A stretch of 45,107 nucleotides of DNA, counting the filler, from Jimgerdemannia flammicorona (taxonomy: Eukaryota), in the NCBI GenBank assembly GCA_003990765.1. It is 2 parts of 2 records of this genome, joined end to end, with 100 filler letters (N's around TTAATTAATTAA, not from the genome) between each part and the next. Parts side by side here need not be neighbours in the genome. Positions count along the whole stretch, not along the records: positions 22,605 to 45,107 come from RBNJ01001261.1; 1 more part is not named here. One strand, written 5' to 3'. Positions 35,797 to 45,107 of this stretch are shown piece after piece (the stretch's first letter is position 1; every line of letters starts with the position of its first letter). The position numbers were made by a program, and so were the translations under genes. The notes beneath the pieces were generated by a model. It did no database searches. It worked only from the letters and a program-made list of their open reading frames with translations, and was not told the origin of the DNA.

Positions 35797-38700
35797 TTAT
35801 ATATAACTTGTAGCATTTCATTCTTCAATATTTCTCTATTAGTTTCAAATTGTTTCCATATTCTATTAATAATCATTTGTGACTATTCTTCCTGATGTTA
35901 GAGTATCTTTCACTATCCTAAATCAGTGATAATTCTATAGTAAAGCTCTCAATTTATTGTTGATTTGTAGATTGGGAGTCCTTTGGAGTAACTGTGAGAG
36001 AGTATCTGCATTGACATTAGTTCTTCCAGAGCAGTATATGATAGTTATATATATCATAGACCTGCAACTTCATAATCTATCTAGCTTAGATTCCTTTAGG
36101 TTATCTGATGATTAGTAGTCAGATAAGGACTAAATAGTCTATCTATATGGTGAATTATCTTCTGATGAGATAGTAGTGGAACTTTTTTAGAGCCCAAATA
36201 ACTGCAAGACATTTCAACTTATAGGATTTATATTCTTTTTTAACTCTTTGGGTACTTCTGCTATGATATATAATAATATACTCTACTTTATCTTTCTTTT
36301 AAGCCAGTCTTTATATACTTACATCTATCTGTAGAATGAATTCTTGAGTCCAATTGGGTCTTCTGAGAATGGGTGCTTGGGTCAGTCTGATCTTGAGTTC
36401 ATCAAATGCCTTTTGTTATCTGTCTGTCTATTGAAACTTGATATTCTTCTCATTGATTTCATAGTTTGATCCTGTGATGTTGAAAAATTCTTTAATAAAT
36501 CTACAGTAGTATAAGGAGAGTCCCATAAAGGCTTGGGTTTCAGTGACAGTAGTGGGCCTTAGATTTGCTACTACTGCTTGAATCTTGAGAGAATTTGTAT
36601 ATATTCTATCTCAGTTGATAATATGGCTAAGGTAGGAGATCTTGATTTCTGCCTTGCACTTCTTGGACTTAATATATAGGCCATACTTCCTTAGCTTCTA
36701 CTGGATGTGCTGTAGGTGTTCCTCTGGTATCTTGCTGTAGATAATTACATCAGTCAAATAAACCATTATCCATCTTCTTATATCATAGTGGAAAATTTTG
36801 TTCATTATTTTCTGGAAGCTTGCTTGTATATTGTACATTCTGAATAGTATTTATAGATAGATATAAGTTCTATCTAGGGTGATAAAGGCTGACTTCTCAC
36901 TTGTTGCTTCTGTGAGGCTGATTTGATAGAATTCTGAATATAAATCCAAAGTATAGTAATATTGTGCTTCATCTTTCAGAGTCACAAGAATATTACTAAT
37001 GAGAGATAGTAATTGGTAATCCTTCTTAGTAGTCAGGTTGAGCTTCCTAGTAGCCAGGTTAAGCTTTTTATAATTAGTATAGAGTCTTAAGATAAATTAT
37101 CCTTATTTGCTTTCTTTCTTCAGAGCCACTACAACTGGTGAAGCCCAAGGACTGCTGGCTTCTTTAATGATACCAGCTTCTTCCATCTACTTGATTTCTT
37201 CTCTGAGTCATTTGCAGTAGACTGATGGAATTGGTTTTGCTTTTTGATAGATTGGTTCAGTATTCTCTATATCAATATCATGATAGCAGCATGGAACCTT
37301 TTCTTTAATATCCTTGAAATCTATAGCCAGAACATTCTCAAATTCATAAAGTATCTTCTTTAGTCTTTCCTGAGTGAGAATTCCTTTTCAATAGTATAGC
37401 TATACTTATTGCAGTTTCCTCCTTCTTGTGGTGCAGTTCAGTAATCTTAGTACTGATTAATACTCCTCTTCCTGTAGATCCAAATCTCTTCCTTCCTCTC
37501 TCTGTTTTTTCCAACTTCTTGACTTCCATGATCTTTGGCTGAAGAACTGGGAAGATTAATATCTATATAAGTCAGTCCTTCTTCTTGATTAGTAATAGAA
37601 TCAAAGAGTTATAGTTCTTAGCAATGAGTAATATTTCTCTGATATAATTGGAATTGATGACTTCTTCAATAGTAATCTCACTCTTGACTAGGCTGCTTCT
37701 TGTCTTGAGAATTCTGATATAGTCTTTTGGAATAGTTATCTCTAGATTAGTTGGGAGTAGAGTAGTTGTCTGGGGCTCAAGTACAGTTTCTTCTACTGTA
37801 GCAATATCCATTCCAGCTGAATTCTCTGACTTATATTCTAGTAAGACTGTATTAGGGTGGATTTTCCAAATCTTAACCTTGATCTTCTCTTCATCATCAC
37901 TGTCTTCTAGAAGGGCTAGTGGTTCATCATCTCTTCTATCTCTTTCTCTTCTCATGTTTGTTTCTCAAGAGCCTTCTGTCTTTTTTTATAGTAGATCTTC
38001 TTGATTCCACTGATATACTAGTAGCAATCATTGATATGCTCTATATAATATATCTTGATTTCATGAGAGCAGACATTTTATAGTATATATTCTTCAATAA
38101 TCCTCCTGCACCAGTTTCTTTCACTGATCTATTCAACTTCTTCTTCTTTTTTGGAGTGGTCACCTTGTAGGTTTCTTCTTGCTCACTTTCTTCTTCTCCT
38201 ATTTCAGGGAGTACTCCTTTATTGATATTGATGGGAATCTATATCTTCTGTTCTTGGTAGATAATCTATATCTTCTGTATATTCAGACTGATTATTGCCC
38301 TGGCTTTATGAAGCTATTGGTTGCCAATATTAATGTTATAGTTGGTTGTATTAGTTACAATAATATTTACTGAGATGGTTGCTCTTCCAAACTTAATAAG
38401 GACATCTCAGATCTTTCTCAGAGATGTGGCTCTTATTCTATCTGCTGTGATGAATACAAACTTGATTGCTTCTTCAACCTCCCAACCTAGACAGTCGGCT
38501 ACATTCTTGCTGAGGAGGCATTCTCCTAATCTAGTGTCAATGATGGCCTTGAAGATTCTATCTTCAATTTGACAGGTTGTATAGGCAGAGATCTTATAAT
38601 TATCTTCACATTCTACTCCTAAGTCTTTTTGAATATTATTGGCCTCAGTTATCTTTCAACCTTGCTCCTTTATTCTCTCAGAAAGTTCATATCTCATTTG

Positions 38701-39874
38701 CTGTCTAAATGTGGAGATTTCTCTCAGCTGGCCAAAGGTTGCATTGACTTTTTATTGGCTGAGATCCTTGAAGATATCATACTTAAAGATCTTCATTTTG
38801 TGAAGCTTTCAGTTCTTTTCTCCTTCACTGACTAGGACTGGAGTACTTACTCAGATTATATCTTAAACTACCTGCTCAAGCTTCATATCTTGATTTATTT
38901 CTTCAGCTTTGCTTTCTATATCAGTTTCTATTTTTTACTCTACTGAGTTCTTCTTAGATCTCTCTGGTAGTCTCTTGTAGGATTTCTTATGAATCCTTCT
39001 TAGTGATCTGAACAGAGTAGGCCTCTCATTCTTCTTTGTCAGATTCTCTAATTTCTTTAAAGATAATAGTTTTGGTCTGTTCTCTATTCTGAGTTGAATT
39101 GTTTAGTTATATCTTATACTTGATTTCACTTAAATATTTATATGAGGAGTGGTCTTCTTCTCTACAAGTATAGCAGGTACCTCTCTTCTTGTCTGAGGTA
39201 GCAGCAAACTTCTGAACTAGAGTGAGCTCTTTCTCTAATATTCTTTACTATATCTCTTAAGTAGGTATTTATTTCAGCAACTTCTTGACTAGTTTCTCCA
39301 TGGGATCACTGCTTCTTTACTGCTCAGTAGCTCTTAGGTAAGGTGTGTTTTAATTGATCACTATAGTGGAGATTATGCTGGTTGCCTTGGGTACTTTGAT
39401 TCTAACTTCAGTGACTCTTTCTATTATATGATCTTGAAGATGTCTTGCTATCCAGTATTACTGGGCATAGGTAACCTTCTGTTCCAGATCCTGGACTACT
39501 GATATAAGTAGATGGCCATGGCTATTTCTGGATAGACTCTCTTTATAAAAGTTGTCTCAGCTAATTGATCTTGGATAGAAGTATTATAATCTATAAGAAT
39601 TATCTAATATTAAATTCTAATATAGAATATATTTAAATCCTTACTTATTCCTTAGCATATTACATTGACCTAATCCTTTAGAGCTTGTTTGATCTCATCT
39701 GTATAATAGGTGACTCTAAGCTAGGCCTTCTGTGCTGTCAGTACAGTATCATCATCATTTTCTATATAGGTTATAGCTGTAATTACTGCTCTTGCTGTAC
39801 CTCAAAGACTGAAGGATATAAGGACTACTTGTTGCCTTACTGTCAGGGTTCTTATCTCTTATATCATAATAAGA
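35797..39874 (-). mobile_element. Old degenerate Gypsy element D, main body (gag, PR, dUTPase, RT, RH), related to C
   Basis: RH about 35990-36370, RT about 36600-37300, dUTPase about 37470-37880 (SAGMDIA, KTRSSL, RGRKRFGSTG), protease KAIIDT at about 38535-38552. Confidence 0.88.
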
Positions 39875-40329
39875 TATAGATAAATTTGCCTGCCAAAAAA
39901 AAATATATTGTGGTGTTGGGTTTGTATCTCTAGTTGCTTCTAGCACGGCTCAATGTACCACTTGGTGAAGCACGCGATGTATAACTGAAGGCGTTGGTGA
40001 CATTCGCGGGTCGTTGGTCATGTGATCAGGTCGTTCAATATGTGCGATAATAGCGGGAGGTCGTTCGACGATGGCTCAATTGTTTAGTGGATAAGGGCGG
40101 CGGTTATACTGGCTAAGTTTCCTGGTGGCGATTAACTTGGCGGCAAACTCGGCGACAGTCTTGACTTTAAACGGTTCATGGTGCAGTAGGTCGGAAAATG
40201 GAGGTTGATGGCTCACTCATCCGTCTTGACTTGTTAACTTGAAAGGTTCCTGGCGGTCGTTTGGGTCTTTGGCAGCGGGTCGGTCTTTGGCAGTCTAGTA
40301 TCCTTTGGCTGGGTATCCTTGGGTTTCTG

Positions 40330-41340
40330 GGTCTTGAATCTCGAATGGCGGTCCGAATGGTGGTCCAAATGGCAGTCTGAATGCGCGGCGGTCGGGTAAC
40401 ATTTTCTTTCTGTGGCAAGAGAAAATTCTTTAACTCAAACTTCCGAGCAATCCATTGCTCTAGGTTGTTATCTTGTTCTCAGAATTTATCTGGTCTCTTG
40501 GAGGCAGTGTGTTTTCTCTGTAAAACTATCTGACTTGCGGGTGGTCTGTGGTCTTGAATCCTTGGCTGGGTCTCGGGTCTCGAATGGCAGTCGAATGGCG
40601 GCGGTCGGGTAACGTTTTCTTTCCGTGGCAAGAGAAAATTCTTTAACTCAAACCTCGAGCGATCGTTGCTCTAGTTATCTTGTTCTCAGAATTTATCTGG
40701 TCTCCTGGAGGCAGTGTGTTTTCTTTGTAAAACTGTCTGACTTGTGGGCGGTCCATGGTCTTGAATCCTTGGCTGGGTCTCGGGTCTCGAATGGCAGTTG
40801 AATGGCGGCGGTTGGGTAATGTTTTCTTTCCATGGCAAGAGAAAATTCTTTAACTCAAACCTCGAGTGATCATTGCTCTAGTTATCTTGTTCTCAGAATT
40901 TATCCGGTCTCTTGGAGGCAGTGTGTTTTCTGTAAAACTGTCTGACTTGCGGGTGGTCCGTGGTCTTGAATCCTTGGCTGGGTCTCGGATCTCGAATGGC
41001 AGTCGAATGGCGGCAGTCGGGAAACGTTTTCTTTCCATGGCAAGAGAAAATTCTTTAACTCAAACCTCGAGCGATCGTTGCTCTAGTTATCTTGTTCTCA
41101 GAATTTATCTGGTCTCTTGGAGGCAGTGTGTTTTCTCTGTAAAACTGTCTGACTGAGGGTGGTCCGTGGTCTTGAGTCCTTTTCGTGGCGGCAAAACTTG
41201 AAATTCAGGCGGCAAGAGAAATTCCTTAACTCAAACTTCCGAGCGATCCGTTGCTCTAGGTTGTTATCTTGTTCTCAGAATTTTCTGGTCTCTTGGAGGC
41301 AGTGGTTATTTCTCAAAACCAGTTGACTGAGGGTGGTCCT
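40330..41340. repeat. About 205-213-bp tandem repeat, about 5 copies
   Basis: GCAAGAGAAAATTC(T/C)TTAACTCAAAC recurs at 40415, 40628, 40835, 41040 and 41212. Confidence 0.95.
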
Positions 41341-42026
41341 TCAAATATCTCCATAAGACTCATTAGGTGATCTTGATGGTTGTCTTGGAGTGGGGTGGTG
41401 TGGAAACCTGGTTGAGTAGGTTTGGTTTGTTGGCTTCCTACGGCGATGCGGTTGCTACCAATAGAGTTGGCTACTTCAGATTCTATCCAGTCAGCATCTT
41501 CAGTTGAAAGGTGGGAGAGGCTGCCAGCCATTACTCCTTGCAAGTGTGCTATGGCCCAGAGAATATGGCAGAAGATTTGGTGGACACGGAGGGCTCTCTT
41601 GATTAGCTGGCTGGTGGTTAACATTTCGGCAATGAGGTCTTCCTGGTCACCTTCTTGAGTCTCATTGCAAAGGTGGTGTCCAATTTCGTAGTCATGCCAG
41701 AGGGTCATTCATTTGGTAGTGTCTTTGAGCTGTTGGGTCATTATATACCAGTAGTTGATGAAGTGTCCAAGGTCCTCAGTGTAGAAGTTCAAGTGTTCGG
41801 AAGTATCTGGGCACCAGATGGCCTTCTTGATAACTTCAAAGATCAGGGTCTTTGGGCCAGGCAAAGCGGTAGAGTGGCAGGAGGTCTGGTTGGATCGGCA
41901 AATGGGAGGTATTGTGTGGTGGGTACTTGGTTCTTTGGTGCCGATCCCTGAGGCAGAGTATGGTTCCTTAAATAACGTGGTCTTCATTTTGGCTCGGATC
42001 ATCTTGTCTTCTTTTGGGATGATCAC
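41313..42026 (-). pseudogene. LTR-encoded accessory protein of family E (two in-frame ORFs split by one TGA, probably from CGA)
   Basis: LIFEVIKKAIWCPDTSEHLNFYTEDLGHFINYWYIMTQQLKDTTK*MTLWHDYEIGHHLC..IKRALRVHQIFCHILWAIAHL..PLQDNHQDHLMSLMEIFEGP aligns with the family C LTR ORF. Confidence 0.8.
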
Positions 42027-42300
42027 CTAATGGGTCAGACTGTCTATTTGATTGTCATGCCATTATGTCATCTGATCTTAGCAGTCACCAGTACTCTGTT
42101 GTCAATTGCGTATGTCACAATATATATTTTTATACTTAATATTTAGAATAAAATTTTATATATATATATATATATTTTTTTTTTGACAAACTTCAAAAAT
42201 TGTATTTTTAAAAATATTTTGACTTAATATTTAATATAAAAATCATAATAATAATTATTTTTAAATTTGTTCTTTTTTTTTATAGACAAATTTATCTGCA

Positions 42301-43000
42301 AAGTAATATAAAGAATAGCAGTATATTACTCAAATCATCAATAAAGGTAATGATTGATTCATCTGAAGTATATCTATAAAATACTTATAGTTTTATATCC
42401 ATCTTGTCTGAATGTCTTGGTTTGATTTATATAGTTTTTTAGATAATAGCAGTTATTTATTATTTAGTTTAAAAGTGAGGAATTTATCTTAAATTACTAG
42501 CTAATTGACACTAAGTTGTAATGTAGTAGATGCTTAACTATGTAAGTATATGTATCAGATTTTTATATCTTGAAATCTTGATCTTCTTTAACTCTGCAGA
42601 GTCCTTGGGATGCAGAGGTAGGTGAGTACAAAGTATATCTGTCTGTAGACTTCCTAGTTCTCTTATTTTCTCTTTACTTTGAACTATTTTGATCTGAGAT
42701 TTATATACTCTGGATACTGTGGAGATTTGTACAGGTTTTCTAGCTATAAAGTGGTTAAGTTATGACTGTGTTCTAGTGTGTTACTCTTAATAGGTATTAA
42801 TCCTTGATATCTGTTAAATCTTTAATATTTGAGAAATATCAATATTTGTGAAAATATTAACATTGTCAAACTTTAATATTTGTGAAATGACTACTATTTG
42901 TAAGGCTATACTATATTTGGGAATTGGATTTAGATACTATAATTAAATATCTATTCTTCTGATTCATGTTTCAAATTTAGATCAACTATTATAATATTTA
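42301..43000 (-). mobile_element. 5' part of element D (gag start and leader)
   Basis: Reverse complement of about 42310-42405 matches the gag start of C (AAGATGGA..TTTTATAGATATACT..GAGTCAATC). Confidence 0.65.
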
Positions 43001-44387
43001 TTTTTTTTTTTTTTTTTTTTATAGTTACATGGACTCCTTCCTTTATTAATATACCTGTCTATCCTCTAAATAATATACAAAGCCCACCTCTAATCAATCC
43101 CCCTAGGGGGTCCCCCCCTCTCCACTCTCTCTCAATAAAAGACTACTTTATCAAACACTATCTCCACCCATCCACCACTCTGTGTATAGATCTCTTCTAC
43201 CAGACAGTGATGTCACCCACTCTGGAGACCCCAACCAACCCACCACCCAGTCAGCAAATCTCCCATCAAACCCTCCCAACTCAACAACTTCTCCTATATA
43301 TCTATCTGGTACCTCTCCTTGAAAACAAAGAGCCAATATCCAGCCAGCCCTACCCATACTGCTAAAACCCACCCTACAGTGAGTCAACTATTGCCTACAC
43401 TACCCACTAACCGAGATTTCAAATCCTCCCAGCAACCTCTATCTCTATCTGGCCTCCTCACCACATCCAAAAGTCCTCCAGAATCTCACACTCTCCTAAC
43501 CAATGTTCTGGAGTCTACACAAATCCCCCCACTTGCCCCACATTGTAACACTCCTCACAATCAAATTGGCTACCATCTACCAGATACTCTGTATGGAAAT
43601 TCAGCATAATATTCCTCAACAGCATCCACCACCACACCATCCAGAATTGGGAGGAATCCACTGCCATACCTCAGCACTCTACAACCAGACTCCTGCCCAG
43701 TCCCACTCCTTACCAATCTCCACTCCTTGTCAGCCACTGGGCCAAAGATCCTGGCCAAGTCCCTGCTGACATTTCACTCTATTACCAATATCAAACTCAG
43801 CAATCTGAATACCCCCCAGAAGCAATCTGTCCCATTGCCACATAGCCAGACCCCACTCCACCTCTCTCTCATTGTCTTGCCAATACAGACCTATCCAGTA
43901 TGCTCCATCCACCACCCCCCACCAGAAGTCCTTATATCATAACCATCAGCTCCCATTCAGACCTATCAGAGAGAGCAAATCTCCTGAGGACCCTCAAGAA
44001 GAGAATCTCATCTCCCACACCTTTTGTATCAGTAGTATCCAACTCCCTCCCTGCAGTTCCATAGCCCTTTTCAACCACCAAGCTTGCAGGCAGTACAGCC
44101 TCTTAGGGAAGTCCACAAGGCCTAGTTATCCCCTATCTACCAGTAATGCTAGAGTATCCCATCTGATCTGAGACCTCTTCTCTGCTCAAATCCAATCTCT
44201 AGCGAGTTTCATCAGTCTCTTCACTACCCAAGCTGGAAAGTCTAAGTGATAGGTTACATACCATAGCTTGGGGAGTCAGTAGACATTCAGAATCAATACC
44301 CACCACACCAGGGAGATGTGGTGACCTCCCCAACCTCTAAGATCTTCTTCCCAAATAGTCACCCTCCTCTCCCACTACACTCATAGT
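43001..44387 (-). mobile_element. 5'-truncated L1/Tx1-like LINE, same subfamily as 31650-32922
   Basis: Poly(T) 43001-43020; 16-bp TSD ACTATTATAATATTTA (42985-43000) / ACTATCACAATATCTA (44388-44403). Confidence 0.92.
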
Positions 44388-44653
44388 ACTATCACAATAT
44401 CTATATAATAGTTTCCATAAGAATTATATAAAGAATAAAAAGTTCTGATATGTATCTATTTAAAGAATAATCAAAGTATATTCTGAATATCCTAAATCTT
44501 ATCTATATAGATATATAGAGCCTGATATGTACTTCTTCCTATAGTGAAAAGAGATATTTTATCACATTTATTGATAATTATAATAGAAGACATATATACA
44601 CTTCTTATCAGCAAAAAGCAATACTCTGGAGAAGTTTAAAGAGTTCTAAGTAT

Positions 44654-45043
44654 TGTGATAAACCAAGATATACCACTCAAATTATACCTTAGCTAGTTGA
44701 TGTGAACAATTAGCCAGATGATGTAAATACACAGCATAGTAATCAGCAACCATTGCTGTGGAAACTGTATAATTAGCTGAACATACCAGATAGGGTCTGT
44801 TTATCTGTACAGACTCTGTACACCATACAGGTCCTGTACACTGTACAGACTTTGTATACCTGCCATAAGTAGCAGATCAATAGTTAGCCACATAGTAACC
44901 AGATAGCAACCAACTTGTATAAATTACCTCAGAGACAAGAGTGAATAAACCTCAGTCTGAAATTCAGAATATATTTCAAATCTGGTTTACTTTCCGATAC
45001 AAAGAAGAGTCCAAAATTGAATCAAAAGACAAGTCTGCCTACC
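44654..45043 (+). repeat. Start of another family-B LTR
   Basis: TGTGATAAACCAAGATATACCACTCAAATTATACCTTAGC matches 10491 onward. Confidence 0.9.
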
Positions 45044-45107
45044 GTGGTGGGAGGGTGGGGATAGTGTTTGACAGAGTGGTCTTTCACAGGGAAGGGGTAG
45101 GGGGGGG
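45044..45107 (+). mobile_element. Start of a very short LINE 3'-end insertion
   Basis: GTGGTGGG..GATAGTGTTTGACAGAGTGGTCTTTCA matches 32751-32795. Confidence 0.7.

Larger units (their letters stand above)
39909..42119 (-). mobile_element. Solo LTR family E (2211 bp) carrying an ORF and a tandem array
   Basis: TG...CA ends; perfect TSD ATAT (39905-39908, 42120-42123); no gag/pol; comparatively CpG-rich. Confidence 0.85.
39875..42300. mobile_element. Small AT-rich inverted-repeat element (about 210 bp without the nested LTR) inserted in gag of D
   Basis: TATAGATAAATTTGCCTGCC(A)9 on the left and (T)9ATAGACAAATTTATCTGCA on the right are imperfect inverted repeats. No TSD resolved. Confidence 0.55.

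Noticed and set aside
40176..41156. ORFs in the 207-bp tandem array
   Set aside because: Frames break between units; no independent support for coding.
44404..44650. Possible fourth copy of the accessory ORF in the presumed LTR of D (FTIG.. / IRTFYSLY..)
   Set aside because: Too decayed to align by eye; it needs an HMM search.

Overview
A eukaryotic, gene-free transposon nest, probably fungal (inferred from the element types; not proven). No host gene, rRNA, tRNA or CRISPR array is visible. Left of an assembly gap (22505-22604, which contains a six-frame stop linker) lie a Ngaro/DIRS-type tyrosine-recombinase retrotransposon (minus) and an old, heavily C->T/G->A-mutated Ty3/Gypsy element A. 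A is interrupted by a hAT-type fold-back MITE, a solo LTR and a near-complete Gypsy element B, whose 5' LTR is in turn hit by a hAT-like element. Right of the gap lie L1/Tx1-like LINE copies and an old minus-strand Gypsy D. D carries a full Gypsy C (itself LINE-interrupted), a MITE holding a 2.2-kb solo LTR (E), and a further B-type LTR. All four Gypsy elements carry a dUTPase between protease and RT, and the insertions with both flanks visible have 4-bp TSDs. The most notable feature is a non-gag/pol protein family encoded inside the LTRs of families C and E (so solo LTRs deposit a gene), with a probable distant homologue in the env-like slot of family B.
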